From Candidatus Marinacidobacterales bacterium (lineage in GTDB: Bacteria > Acidobacteriota > Vicinamibacteria > Marinacidobacterales > DATDRI01), in the NCBI GenBank assembly GCA_965226495.1, contig OZ245365.1, positions 3,424,001 to 3,488,000 of the forward strand: a stretch of 64,000 nucleotides of DNA. Reading direction: 5' to 3'. Positions 28,417-38,914 of this stretch are shown here, piece by piece. Made by a program: the position numbers and the translations under genes. Numbering within the stretch: position 1 is the stretch's first letter; every line of letters starts with the position of its first letter. The notes under the pieces were generated by a model. That model did not search any database, had not been told where the DNA came from, and was given only the letters and a program-made list of their open reading frames with translations.

Positions 28417-30876
28417 GTGCAATCTAGTCGTACGTCTCGCCTTGCTGCCCTCATTGTTCTAACCCTTTCGCTCACTGCTTGGCCGCGGGCAGCCCGTGCA
28501 CAAACCGACCGAGACGGAACCGACTGGCCGCAATTTCGAGGGTCCAACGTGGACGCCATCTCGACCGAGCGAAGCGTTTTCTCGAACTTGCCCGAGTTCA
28601 GCTTGGAGGTTTCCTGGAAAAAGAGAATCGGCAGCGGTTATTCCGGAATCGCGATCGCCGATGACTTGGGTGTGACGATGTTCGAGTCGGGAGAATCGAA
28701 CGTGGTGGTCGCATTCGATGCGCCGACCGGGGAAGAAAAATGGCGGTTCGAGATCGGCCCTCGACATCAAGGTCTCAACGGCTCGTATGACGGTCCCATT
28801 TCGACACCCCTCATCGTCGGCAACATCGTGGTGGCGCTCGATCCGTGGGGACGGTTGGTGGGGCTCGATGTGTTGGCCGGCGAGCTGGTGTGGTCTATCG
28901 ATCTCCCCGGGGAGCTCGAATCCAAGAGACCCCTCTACGGCTATTCGACATCACCGATTCTCCTCGACGGCACGGTCGTCGTACAGATCGGCGCGCCGGA
29001 TGCTGCGGTCGCCGGTTTGGACCCCGCGACCGGGGAGCGTTTGTGGACCGTCGGTACCGACGAAATAGGCTATCAAACTCCGGTCCCGGTGGCCGTTGAC
29101 GGACAGCGGCAGGTGTTCGCGGCGGGTCAGAAACAAATAATGGCCATCGACCCGCGAACCGGCAAGCTTCTATGGGAGTACGCCCACGGCGGCGGGGGCA
29201 CCATCGGGGCCGGAACCATCGTCCCCGTGTCAGCGGGTCCCGACCAGTTGTTTCTCGCCAACAAGGATGACTCATCCACGCTCGTCGAGCTCACTGATGG
29301 GGAAGCAGGCGTCGTCGCTCGCGAAAAGTGGGAGGCGAGAACGATACGAAACAGCTACACCGTACCTCTGTATCACCAGGGCTACATTTACGGCTTCAGT
29401 AGTCGCTTCCTCACTTGTGTCGACGCTGCAACGGGAAAAGCCGTTTGGAAATCGCGACCTCCCGGCGATGGCTTTCTGATTCTCGTCGATGGACACTTGG
29501 TCATCCTGACGAAGAACGGCAGCGTACACGTCGCGAAAGCGAGTCCCGACGGTTACCTGGAAGTAGCCAGCCTCCAACTGTTCGAAGACCTAGCTTGGAC
29601 TCCGCCGAGCTTCGCCGATGGCCACCTTTATGTCAGGAGTCTGGGTGAAGTGGCACGGGTGGACATCCGGCCGATGACGATCCTGGCCGATGCGGAATTG
29701 GCTCCGAAGGATGTCGCTCCGCCTAAAGGGCGTTTCGAGCAGTTCCTGATCGATGTCGGGAAGACCGCGGACAAAATGGCGGTCGTCGACCGCTTGCTCG
29801 ACTCCATCGAACAGTTTCCCTTCATCGAAGGGGAGAATCGCGTTCACTTTATCTACCGGGGATATGGAGAGGATCTGGCAATCGGAGGCGACATGATCGG
29901 GTCGCGACAGGAAAGCCGCATGGTTCACGTGGAAGGGACGGACCTGTTTTACTACTCGACCGAGTTGGAGCCGGACGCTCGGGTGAATTACCTCTTTATT
30001 CGAGACTACGAGGAGATCACCGATCCCCGCAACCCGAGAGCGACCACCAGCGGCATCTACGGTCCGGACATGGAGCTCACCGGAAGCGACGACAACCCGA
30101 TGCAGATGTCATGGGTAGCCATGCCGCGTTGGCGAGCGCCCGACCACCTCACAGAACCGCCGGTCGATGCAAGCCGCGGCCGCATCGTGACCCACGAATT
30201 GGAGAGCAAAGTCTACGAGGAGCCGCACACGATCCACGTGTATCTACCGGCGCGCTACGGCGAGACGGACACGTCTTACCCCGTCGCCTACTACCATGGT
30301 GGTCGTGGCGCACTCGAAAGAGGCGAGGTGCCCACAAGTTTGGACAACCTGCTGGGCAACAAAGTGGAGCCGGTCATTGCGGTCTTCATCGAGCGGCAGT
30401 CGGAATTCATGCCCGGAAAGTATGTCGACATGTGGGCCGACGAGCTGGTGCCCTTTATCGATGCCAACTATCGGACCATCGCCACGCCGGAGGGACGCGC
30501 CAGTATCGGGGGCGGGTTCGACGGTTACCACGCGCTCTATCTCGCGGTGAAGCGGCCGGGTATTGCCGCCAAGGTCGCCGGACAATCCATTGCGTTCTTG
30601 GATTTCCAGAGAGTTCCGCTCGAAGGCCTCGTGCGGAACCCCGGCGAGCAGCCCCTCGACATCTACATCGAGTGGGGTAGCCACGACATGCACAATCCTC
30701 AAGAGGCTTGGGATATCCGCGACTCCGCTCGCAAACTCGTGGAGTTTCTGGCCAGTCGCGGCTACGCGGTCGCCGGGGGTGAGGTGCACGACGGTACGGG
30801 ATGGTCGAGCTGGAAGAACCGTACCGACCGAGTGCTCGAGAGCCTGTTCCCGCTTGTTCGCACCGATCGAGATTGA
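28417..30876 (+). CDS. Exported PQQ-like beta-propeller fused to an enterochelin-esterase (Fes)-like domain
   Basis: Signal peptide, DWPQFRG, repeated D..TG...W propeller motifs; VYLPARY..YPVAYYH and ELVPFIDANY esterase fold. Confidence 0.8.
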   Translation: MQSSRTSRLAALIVLTLSLTAWPRAARAQTDRDGTDWPQFRGSNVDAISTERSVFSNLPEFSLEVSWKKRIGSGYSGIAIADDLGVTMFESGESNVVVAFDAPTGEEKWRFEIGPRHQGLNGSYDGPISTPLIVGNIVVALDPWGRLVGLDVLAGELVWSIDLPGELESKRPLYGYSTSPILLDGTVVVQIGAPDAAVAGLDPATGERLWTVGTDEIGYQTPVPVAVDGQRQVFAAGQKQIMAIDPRTGKLLWEYAHGGGGTIGAGTIVPVSAGPDQLFLANKDDSSTLVELTDGEAGVVAREKWEARTIRNSYTVPLYHQGYIYGFSSRFLTCVDAATGKAVWKSRPPGDGFLILVDGHLVILTKNGSVHVAKASPDGYLEVASLQLFEDLAWTPPSFADGHLYVRSLGEVARVDIRPMTILADAELAPKDVAPPKGRFEQFLIDVGKTADKMAVVDRLLDSIEQFPFIEGENRVHFIYRGYGEDLAIGGDMIGSRQESRMVHVEGTDLFYYSTELEPDARVNYLFIRDYEEITDPRNPRATTSGIYGPDMELTGSDDNPMQMSWVAMPRWRAPDHLTEPPVDASRGRIVTHELESKVYEEPHTIHVYLPARYGETDTSYPVAYYHGGRGALERGEVPTSLDNLLGNKVEPVIAVFIERQSEFMPGKYVDMWADELVPFIDANYRTIATPEGRASIGGGFDGYHALYLAVKRPGIAAKVAGQSIAFLDFQRVPLEGLVRNPGEQPLDIYIEWGSHDMHNPQEAWDIRDSARKLVEFLASRGYAVAGGEVHDGTGWSSWKNRTDRVLESLFPLVRTDRD

Positions 30877-31596
30877 CTAGAGGAATTTCGGGTCGAGGTT
30901 TTCGGATTCCGACTTCAGTCGTCGGATGCGGGCCGCATACGACCGGGCGGCGCGCTCTTCGTCGAGGCGCAGGAACAGCGCGTACTGGCGGACAAAATTC
31001 TTGAGATAAATCTCCACCGGTAGACGGTCGAGCCTCTCTTCTTCGATATAGCCGAGCATGGTCACGCCTATCTTCGTCACATGAGCGATGGAGCGTAGAT
31101 CCACCCCCGCCGCCTCGCGCGCCTTCTTGAGGAAAGCGCCGGACGCTTCTTCCTTGATACCTAGCGTGACCTTGGGGCGCTCAGGAGGTTCCTCGGATCG
31201 CGCCGGAATCTCCACCAGTCGAGGGTAGGCCATCTCGGGTGCGGCGGAGGATGCCGACATCGAAGGTGCGGGCGAAGGTGTCGCGGCAACGCCTGCCGGA
31301 ATTTCAGGGCTTTCCGGGATTTGAGAAGCCGGCGGAGCCGTTGACCTGGAGCGTCCCGAGAGACGCTGATCGTAGAGGCGTCGGCTGTCTTCGGCGACTA
31401 ACGTGTGGTAAGCCTCGGTGACGCGTTCGAGGATCTCGCGCCGCTCTTCGGGAGCCAGTATGGCGGCCGAAACGACCGACTCGCTAGCGTAAACATCCCG
31501 AGCCCGCTCATACGCCGCCTGGATTTCTCCCGTCGTGGCGCTGTTACTGATCTCGAGGACTTGGTAGTAGTTCTGGTCCGAGGGACGATCCAACAT
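30877..31596 (-). CDS. DnaJ-like N-terminal domain plus HTH_25 (RodZ-like) protein
   Basis: NYYQVLEI...AT..EI..AY; G.FLKKARE..G.DL..I...TKI....L..IEE..YLKNFVRQYA. Confidence 0.8.
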   Translation of the reverse strand: MLDRPSDQNYYQVLEISNSATTGEIQAAYERARDVYASESVVSAAILAPEERREILERVTEAYHTLVAEDSRRLYDQRLSGRSRSTAPPASQIPESPEIPAGVAATPSPAPSMSASSAAPEMAYPRLVEIPARSEEPPERPKVTLGIKEEASGAFLKKAREAAGVDLRSIAHVTKIGVTMLGYIEEERLDRLPVEIYLKNFVRQYALFLRLDEERAARSYAARIRRLKSESENLDPKFL

Positions 31597-31607
31597 GGGC
31601 GACCGAG

Positions 31608-32741
31608 CTAGACCTTACCGTTTCCGTTGGCGCCGTGACCATTGGATGAGCGGAGCAGATTCACCGCCGCCCTCTCGAGACTCTGACCCGCCTCGGAGTC
31701 CGGGAAAACCAACATGAAGGGTTTTTTTCGTCGGTTGGCTTGCCAGACGACGTCTTCGTATTGGATCGCGCCCAGACACTCAACCTCGATCCCCAGGTGC
31801 TTGCGACACACGCTGGCCATCGATGGCCCTAGCCGCTCATCTTCAGGGTAGCGAACCTGGTTGATGATTAGTCGGGGACGAAACGACTTGGCCCGCGCCT
31901 TGAGCGCCTGCCCTGCCGCCTGGTCTTTCTTCTCCACGGCCTCGAGGAGATCGAACGGCGTGCGAATCCCTTGACGGTTCTTCTCGTCCATCGCTTCCTC
32001 GATGACGGCGCGCACTCCGCTGCCCTTTACTGCAGACCACAGGTGACGATAGAAACTCATCTTGAGAAAGCGATAAGCATTCTCGATTGAGCTCGGCTCG
32101 GGAACGACGACCAAAAGTCCGGCTTCTGCCAGCAAAAAGAAATCGGCGATATTGAACGAAATTCCGGCGCCGATATCCAAGAAGATGTAGTCGGCTTTGA
32201 TACTTCGAATCTGGTTCAAAAGACGCGTCTTTTGAAAATACTTGAGGTTGGATGCGGTCAGATGGTCGTGTGCACCGCTGATGAGCCCGAGGTTCGGGAC
32301 ACCGGTGTCCATGATGACGTCTTCGATAGAAGAGACGCGGCGACTGATGAAGTCCCCGAGGCCCACCTTGGGCGCACTGAGGCCCAATGCGGTGTGGAGA
32401 TTGGCTCCTCCGAGATCGGCATCGATGAGTACGACGCGGCGTCCTCTTCGCGCAAGGCAGATGCCCAAACTGCTGGTGATGAGGCTCTTTCCGATGCCTC
32501 CTTTACCACCACCCACGGCAACGATGGAGCGGCCGGATGGTGCGGGGCTAGCGTCCTTGGTTCGCTTCAGGCTCACCGCCGCCGGGATGGCCTCCGCCAC
32601 CGCGCCGCCGCCACTGAAGGCGGCGACGCTCGAGCGAGATTCATCAAGCTGCCCCCGAGGCCCGTCTAGCAGGCCTCTGGAGACACCAAACCCGGTCGCC
32701 GATAGATGACTCTTTGGGTTAGAGCCCAATCTTCCCCCCAC
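31608..32741 (-). CDS. MinD/FlhG-family ATPase (start uncertain, may be later)
   Basis: GGKGGIGKS deviant Walker A, DADLGGANLH, LDIGAG and PEPSSIENAYRF. Confidence 0.88.
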   Translation of the reverse strand: MGGRLGSNPKSHLSATGFGVSRGLLDGPRGQLDESRSSVAAFSGGGAVAEAIPAAVSLKRTKDASPAPSGRSIVAVGGGKGGIGKSLITSSLGICLARRGRRVVLIDADLGGANLHTALGLSAPKVGLGDFISRRVSSIEDVIMDTGVPNLGLISGAHDHLTASNLKYFQKTRLLNQIRSIKADYIFLDIGAGISFNIADFFLLAEAGLLVVVPEPSSIENAYRFLKMSFYRHLWSAVKGSGVRAVIEEAMDEKNRQGIRTPFDLLEAVEKKDQAAGQALKARAKSFRPRLIINQVRYPEDERLGPSMASVCRKHLGIEVECLGAIQYEDVVWQANRRKKPFMLVFPDSEAGQSLERAAVNLLRSSNGHGANGNGKV

Positions 32742-32826
32742 GGAAGGTCTTTCGGGAAACAGTGCCGCTCAGCGGCTTCATGTTTTTATTCCGGAATTTA
32801 AGAGAAGGATGACAGCTATAAACTAA

Positions 32827-32855
32827 ACTGTATCAGATGTTGGGCTTAGGGTCAA
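32827..32855 (-). promoter_or_regulatory. sigma-70 promoter of the MinD/FlhG operon
   Basis: TTGACC-N17-TACAGT with extended -10 TG. Confidence 0.55.
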
Positions 32856-33020
32856 CAGGCGCCTGGCTAGCCGGATAGGCGTCAACGACCTAGTTTGGCG
32901 GCAGGCAGCTGGTCCACGGTCGCGTCCAACCTGCGACTAACCACAATGCCCCGCGATGGTCCCAGGACTCACACCAGCCAGAAAATGCAGCCAAGCCGTT
33001 CTTTTGCAATACGTTAGAGT

Positions 33021-34394
33021 TTACTGCGTGGACGGTCCCCCAGGCAGGGCGAGCACCGCGGGAACCGGGACCCCGTTGACAGCAGCGGGCTCGAAGTCGG
33101 CACGGACGATGGCCATCAACATGAGAGGCAAGGGGCCCTGGCCACTACCGGACAATTGGGCAGCCACCACGTTGCCCTCGTGGTCGATCAGGAGGGCTAG
33201 GCCACTTTCCTCGGTGTCCTTCCGAGAGCGGATCCAGTTGGGGCGCGCTATCTCTCTCTTTGCAACCGGAGGCTGGTAATCAGCGTCTTGTGCCCGGACG
33301 GCCCGGAGCGCGACCACGAAAGGTGCGGCGTCATGGAGGAGGTAGTCGGTATCCTCGCTGAAGGCGGAGCGGAACTCCTGCTGAGACCGCTGAAGGTCGG
33401 AACCAATCGCATAAAGGTAACCGAGTTGCAGATGCGCCTCGGTGTCCTTCGGATGCAACTCAACGAGAGCCTCAAAAAGCGCCTGAGCGTCTTCCAGGTT
33501 GCCCGCCAACGCATGCGCTCGGGCTAGAAGCCGAAGGGCGCGCGTCTTGTTCGGCGCCGCCTGTAGCACCTCACCCAGCCGATCGATCGCATCGTCGTAC
33601 TTCGTCTGCGCCAGCAAAGCTTCCCCGATGAGGAGCTGCGATTCGAGTCTCTCGGCGTCCGAAGACGGCAGGAATGTGGCGAGCCAATTGATGGCCGACC
33701 CGTACTTGCCTTCATCGATGTACGCGCGCGACTTCTCGATAGGATCCTCGACTCCGATGAACTCCAAGACCGGCTTCGGCTGGCTAGGCTTCAGCGCGTA
33801 ATGGCGGGCGGGCTCGATCGATCGTTGCGATAGGCTCGCCGTGAACTTCGGATAGATCTGTTCGATGCGCGCAAGGGTTTGCTCGTACTCGTCCAACACA
33901 CGCCAGTTGTGTCCCTTGTGTACGATCCCGGTTTGGTCGACGCCCGCGGTGATGGTTCCGATATAAACGGGCCGGTCGGCCGGAACCTCGAAGGTCGGGA
34001 ATTTTTCGTCACCCTGAGGAGAGACATAGAAACGCTGCTTGACGGGCCGGAACTTTCGCGGATCCATCGCCGTGCCGTGCGGAAAGTAGGTGGCCTCGAT
34101 GCCGGTGATCCGATATTGGCCAGGTGGAAGGAGCTCTTCGATGTAGCCCAGACCGTCCGCCACATCGAGGAACTGAGATTTGTCGGTGGTGATCTCTACG
34201 AGTCTGATCCGGCGCCCCCTGAATTGGGGCCCCGAGAACTGTCCATCGAACCGGCCCAGGACGACGGAGCGATTCTTCGAGACAACCTTATCCCAAGATC
34301 GGTCTCCCTTGAGGTCCTGCGCGAGAGCTGGCCAGGCCGCGGCCATGACGATGAAGACTCCACACGTTATCGCGACCTTCGCCAAAGTTGGCAT
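33021..34394 (-). CDS. Exported TPR protein with C-terminal TonB-C-like motif
   Basis: Signal peptide; TPR repeats; FEPAAVNGVPV. Confidence 0.75.
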   Translation of the reverse strand: MPTLAKVAITCGVFIVMAAAWPALAQDLKGDRSWDKVVSKNRSVVLGRFDGQFSGPQFRGRRIRLVEITTDKSQFLDVADGLGYIEELLPPGQYRITGIEATYFPHGTAMDPRKFRPVKQRFYVSPQGDEKFPTFEVPADRPVYIGTITAGVDQTGIVHKGHNWRVLDEYEQTLARIEQIYPKFTASLSQRSIEPARHYALKPSQPKPVLEFIGVEDPIEKSRAYIDEGKYGSAINWLATFLPSSDAERLESQLLIGEALLAQTKYDDAIDRLGEVLQAAPNKTRALRLLARAHALAGNLEDAQALFEALVELHPKDTEAHLQLGYLYAIGSDLQRSQQEFRSAFSEDTDYLLHDAAPFVVALRAVRAQDADYQPPVAKREIARPNWIRSRKDTEESGLALLIDHEGNVVAAQLSGSGQGPLPLMLMAIVRADFEPAAVNGVPVPAVLALPGGPSTQ

Positions 34395-34515
34395 GTACCC
34401 TCCTAACTGGCAGGCTTATGGGTTCTTCGTACCACGCCAGCCGGCCCGGCGCAAGCGCCGCCGGTCCCGATGACTACGCACGTCGGATTCTGGCGGACGG
34501 TGCCTCGCCAGAACG

Positions 34516-35430
34516 CTACCGACCTCGTATCGCTCGCAGCCGATTCAAGGTGCTGGACGTCTTCTGCGCATCGGGATCGCTCTTGTCCGGGAACATCTGA
34601 TACGCCTTGGTGAGCGTCTGCTCGGCGAGCGAGTAGTGTTTCTCCTCGAAGTATTGGTGCCCCATGCGACTATAGAGGGAAGCGATCTCTCCTTGCAACA
34701 CCGGATCTTCGCCCCGCACCATCTGAGCCAGCTCGAGTTGATCGATGGCTTCTTCGGAACGTCCCTTCTGCGAAGCCAAGAAGCGACCATAAGAAGTGTA
34801 ATACTCCGGAGCCAGATCTGGATTGCTCCTTGCGGCATCCATCGCCGCTTTATGAGCCACTTCGGCGTCTTCCATTTCTCCCAAGCGCTCCAAGAAAGTC
34901 GCGTAGCGTCTTTGTGATTCCGGCTGCTTAGGATCGATGGTCACAGCCTTCTCGTAGGCGCCGCGAGCCAATTGCTGCGCCTCGGGCTCTTGACTCTTTC
35001 GGCGACTACGCTTGATCGGAACGCGACGGGCATAAAGATCGCCAATACCCATGGCGGCGTCGGCGTATCGGGGGTTCAACGTCAGCGCGGTATTGAAAGC
35101 GTCTAGGCTTTGCGCTTCCTCGGGACTCAAATCGGCAGCCGGATCGGCGGTTTCGCCGTTAGCGGCGGCTAGACCAAGGTAGCAACGCCCCACGTAATAG
35201 AACGCCTCGGCGTTGCCTGGCTCGGTCAAAGTGACCGTCTGAAGTTGATCGGCAGCAGCTTGAAGTTGCCCGGATTCGTAGAGATCGATCGCGCCCTGCA
35301 ACTCAGGCGATCTTTGATTACCCGAATCTGCTCCACCGCTCCCGAGTATCTGTTCGCGAAGCGCTTCGATCTGATCGCAGGCGGACACCAACCCCAGCAC
35401 GAGGAACCATGGAGCAACCGTCCGCCGCAT
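34516..35430 (-). CDS. TPR lipoprotein
   Basis: LVSAC lipobox; multiple TPR repeats. Confidence 0.8.
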   Translation of the reverse strand: MRRTVAPWFLVLGLVSACDQIEALREQILGSGGADSGNQRSPELQGAIDLYESGQLQAAADQLQTVTLTEPGNAEAFYYVGRCYLGLAAANGETADPAADLSPEEAQSLDAFNTALTLNPRYADAAMGIGDLYARRVPIKRSRRKSQEPEAQQLARGAYEKAVTIDPKQPESQRRYATFLERLGEMEDAEVAHKAAMDAARSNPDLAPEYYTSYGRFLASQKGRSEEAIDQLELAQMVRGEDPVLQGEIASLYSRMGHQYFEEKHYSLAEQTLTKAYQMFPDKSDPDAQKTSSTLNRLRAIRGR

Positions 35431-35524
35431 ACGATTCTATTATTAACCCCGATGCAAAATAAAGCCACAACGGCAAGGATGCAATTGATTTCGCATCCGG
35501 GTTAGCCGAGAATTGCGCGAAGCG

Positions 35525-36838
35525 CTACGGCGATGAATGCCCCGTCTCCGACATGCGAACCCGCTCGAGACTTGCGATCGCTCGATTCGCCCAATCCGCC
35601 ACCCGGGGGTCGGAATCGGTGAGAAGTGGTCTTAGGTAAGGGATGGCGTCTGGATCGCCGACTTCTTCTAGTACCAACGCCATGCCTCTCCTGACATCGG
35701 CAACGGGATCGGAAAGATAGGGAACGAGCTCTGTCAAGAAGGGGCTTCCGAGCTCTACCAAATAGCCGACCGATTGCTCTCGCAGAAACTGATCCGCAAG
35801 GGACAAGGAAATTCGATCGATGAACTCCGGTCTACCCACTAGTGCCAAGGCGAAACAGTAGGCGGATTGGACCGACGGTTCCGGTTCCCGCAGGAAGTCC
35901 TTGGTGAGACTGCCGGCCAAATTCTCGTTTCGAAGCCTGCCCATACCTTCCACCGCCCAACGCCTTCGCAACGGATCGGAGCTGGTCATATTCTGGAGAA
36001 AGGCTGCGCGCGCCTCCGGTGCACCGATCCGGGCCAACGCGGTAAGAGCGCGGTCGCCCATCTCCCGCCCCTGTTCCGCGTCGTAGATAGCAAGGAGCTG
36101 TGATGCCGCCGGCTTGTAGCCAACATCGCCTAGTGCGTCGATGGCTTCACCCTGCATCTGGCGCGAGGGTTCCATGAGGACCGTCACCAGTTGCGAGCCC
36201 GCCTCGTCGGTGCCGATTCGGGCCAAGGCCGTCAACGCTGCCATGCGCACATCCTTCGAGGGATCGGCCAAGGCCATCCCTAGATTGTCTGCGGCTTCAT
36301 CGATGCTCAGAAGACCTAGCGCCCACGCCGCCTGCCTTCGAATCGAAGCCTCTTCGTCCGTCAGCCTCGCTTCCAGGCCGAGCACGACCCTCTCTTCGAC
36401 CGGGATCACGGGCTCCCCGGGCGGACGCGGTGGTCCCTCGCTAAACGCACCAAGGAAGCGCTCCATCGGTCGCCGGTCATCGGGGTCCACGTAGACCTCG
36501 ACGACTCCGGAGAGGGATTCCGAACGGACGGTCTGGTCCTCGTCACGGAGCCCCAGCAAGAGACCGTCGAGCGTCGCTGGGTTTCGATAGACCCGGAGCG
36601 CCTTCGCGACCTCCCTGCGGACCTTCACCTCGGGATCACGCATCGCGTCATTGAGGGGGGTGATCGCCTCCGGCCGGGCCGAACGGCCAAGGGCCTTGGC
36701 CGCCTTCGCCCGGGTGCCAGTATTGGGACTCCGAAGGTTTGCGAGCTCGTCCTGGAAACCGCCCTGGAAAGCGATCGACTCGCTCGCTCCTACCCCGACG
36801 AAAGCCATGAGGAGCAAAACCCGAAAAAGACGCGTCAT
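35525..36838 (-). CDS. Exported HEAT-repeat protein
   Basis: Signal peptide; repeated D....VR..A..AL..IG HEAT motifs. Confidence 0.85.
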   Translation of the reverse strand: MTRLFRVLLLMAFVGVGASESIAFQGGFQDELANLRSPNTGTRAKAAKALGRSARPEAITPLNDAMRDPEVKVRREVAKALRVYRNPATLDGLLLGLRDEDQTVRSESLSGVVEVYVDPDDRRPMERFLGAFSEGPPRPPGEPVIPVEERVVLGLEARLTDEEASIRRQAAWALGLLSIDEAADNLGMALADPSKDVRMAALTALARIGTDEAGSQLVTVLMEPSRQMQGEAIDALGDVGYKPAASQLLAIYDAEQGREMGDRALTALARIGAPEARAAFLQNMTSSDPLRRRWAVEGMGRLRNENLAGSLTKDFLREPEPSVQSAYCFALALVGRPEFIDRISLSLADQFLREQSVGYLVELGSPFLTELVPYLSDPVADVRRGMALVLEEVGDPDAIPYLRPLLTDSDPRVADWANRAIASLERVRMSETGHSSP

Positions 36839-36970
36839 TGATCTAGTCTCCCTAAGGAAATTCAGCTTATTTTCAAGGGAATCACAACGGGTAGTATGTT
36901 ATCAGATCAAGCACCCCAGGATCTAGTAGCCTTGAGCCAGCACGCAGTCGCTTGCCGACGGAGCGCGATC

Positions 36971-36994
36971 CGCCTGGGGGTGGGGCCCCAGGCG
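36971..36994. repeat. Palindromic repeat of the GGGGCCCCACCCCC family
   Basis: CGCCTGGGG-GTGGGG-CCCCAGGCG; its reverse complement contains the core of the repeat at 7457/7617. Confidence 0.6.
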
Positions 36995-37069
36995 ACTGAG
37001 AGATGTCCTGGCAGAGATGGAGCCAGCCGCCAAAGTACGTGGTTGCGTTAACTGGAGCGAGCCAGGCTA

Positions 37070-38728
37070 CTACTGGTCACCACCCTCGTCTTGAGACGCG
37101 GCGCGAGCGACGTAACCCGTCGGGTCTCGGAGGAGCTCGGACGCTTCGGTGAGTGCCTCGATGGCTCTGCGCACCTGAGGGTCTTTCTTGATGTGGAGAC
37201 GCTGGGCCGTTTCCATTCCCCAAATGGAAGCGAAGATCTCCCCTTCGATCGCGAGCGCCAAACGATCGCGGTGCTCCTGCAGCTCCCCCCTGGAGAACGG
37301 AATCTCTTCTTCCTCAAGGAACCGGAAGAAATCCTCCAGCACCTCATCGTCCACCTCAAAGCTCTTGTCGATGAGACGGATATCCTCGGGGCGCTTAGTT
37401 CGGATTTCTTCGGGCTGCACGCCGGCGCCCTCGAGATCCGGCGTCCGGCCGTCCTTGGACGCGAAGTACGCCGAATAGGCCGAGATGGCCCGGTGACTCG
37501 CGAGAGCCAAGATGGGCTTGGGAGCATGGGGGGAAGCGGCGTGGATGTCGGGGGCGATGCCGCCGCCACTAAAGACTTCGCGTCCGGCATCGGTGTGCTT
37601 CAGCTCGCCCCGCGGAGGAGGCGGCTCTTGCCGGCGTGCGGAGAAATAGTAGTCATCGAAGGAACCCGAATAGTCGCGCTGAATACTTCGCCCGCTAGGA
37701 GTGAAGTACTTGGCGGTAGTCAACGCCAGACCATTGCCTTCGCTGATGCGGTAGATCGACTGCACTAACCCCTTACCGAATGTGTTCTCTCCGACAATGA
37801 GTCCTCGATCGTGATCTTGAATCGCTCCCGCTACGATCTCGGACGCCGACGCACTTCCCCGCGAGACCAGTACCACGACTGGCAAATCGCCATGTGGGCT
37901 CGGTCGGTTGGCGATATAGTCCTGATCGGAACCGGGGGTACGACCCCGCGTGTAGACGATCAACGAGCCCTTCTTGAGAAACTTGTTGGACACCGAGACA
38001 GCTTGGTCTAGCAAACCGCCGGGGTTGTCTCGCAGGTCCAGCACCAGCCCGGTGAGCCCCTGCTCCTTGAGACCCTGTAGGCCCTCCTCGAGCTCCGAGT
38101 CCGTGGTCTCGGTGAAATCGGCGATGCGAAGGTAACCGACTCCGTCATCCAAGTTGAACGCGTAAGGGACACTCCGAAGTCGGATCTCGTCTCGCACGAT
38201 GGTGAAATCGAGAGGCCGGTCGTAGCCGGTGCGAGTGATGGAAATGGTCACTTTGCTACCCTTCGGCCCCCGGAGACGCTTGACCGCTTCGTCGAGCGCC
38301 ATGCCGCGCGTCTCCTCACCCTCGATCTTAGAGATGACGTCTTCGGCGCGGATACCGAGCCGGTAAGCCGGAGTGCCTTCGAAAGGCGATACGACCGTTA
38401 GATCTCCGTCGATCATCTGAACCGAAATGCCAAGACCGTGGTAGCTACCCTTCTGTCGTTCTTGAAGACTGATGTAGTCGCGCCGTTCGAGGAAGTTCGA
38501 GTGGGGATCCAGAGTCCGCAGCATCCCGCGGATGGAAGAGTGGACGAGCTTTGAAGGCTCTACCTCGGTAGCGTACTCTTTCTCTACGATTCGGAGCACG
38601 TCGGTGTACCGTCTGAGGTACTGTTTGTAGCGGTTGAAGCTATCCTGGGCGCGCTCTCCGAACAGCCCACCAACCATCGCCCCCGACGCCACGAGGGTTA
38701 GTATCATTGCCAGAGCCGGCCTTCTCAT
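37070..38728 (-). CDS. ctpA: Carboxyl-terminal processing protease (S41, CtpA/Prc family)
   Basis: LDPHS, PDZ domain, LDLRDNPGGLL, SASASEIVAGAIQD and TFGKGLVQ. Likely start MRRPAL at 38728. Confidence 0.92.
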   Translation of the reverse strand: MRRPALAMILTLVASGAMVGGLFGERAQDSFNRYKQYLRRYTDVLRIVEKEYATEVEPSKLVHSSIRGMLRTLDPHSNFLERRDYISLQERQKGSYHGLGISVQMIDGDLTVVSPFEGTPAYRLGIRAEDVISKIEGEETRGMALDEAVKRLRGPKGSKVTISITRTGYDRPLDFTIVRDEIRLRSVPYAFNLDDGVGYLRIADFTETTDSELEEGLQGLKEQGLTGLVLDLRDNPGGLLDQAVSVSNKFLKKGSLIVYTRGRTPGSDQDYIANRPSPHGDLPVVVLVSRGSASASEIVAGAIQDHDRGLIVGENTFGKGLVQSIYRISEGNGLALTTAKYFTPSGRSIQRDYSGSFDDYYFSARRQEPPPPRGELKHTDAGREVFSGGGIAPDIHAASPHAPKPILALASHRAISAYSAYFASKDGRTPDLEGAGVQPEEIRTKRPEDIRLIDKSFEVDDEVLEDFFRFLEEEEIPFSRGELQEHRDRLALAIEGEIFASIWGMETAQRLHIKKDPQVRRAIEALTEASELLRDPTGYVARAASQDEGGDQ

Positions 38729-38914
38729 CGTGTCGTTTCCTTCTTGTTCTTGTCTTTTCTGCCAGGCTGTCAGGCCTTTGCCAGACTTACGAGGGTGTCG
38801 CCGATCTCTCGACCGAATCAAGATCCGTGCCGACGGTCATGCAGGTTCAAACTATCGTAGCAAACGGACTGGGGCAAGTAAAGGCAAATACCGACAGAAA
38901 AGGGGGTTGCGGGC

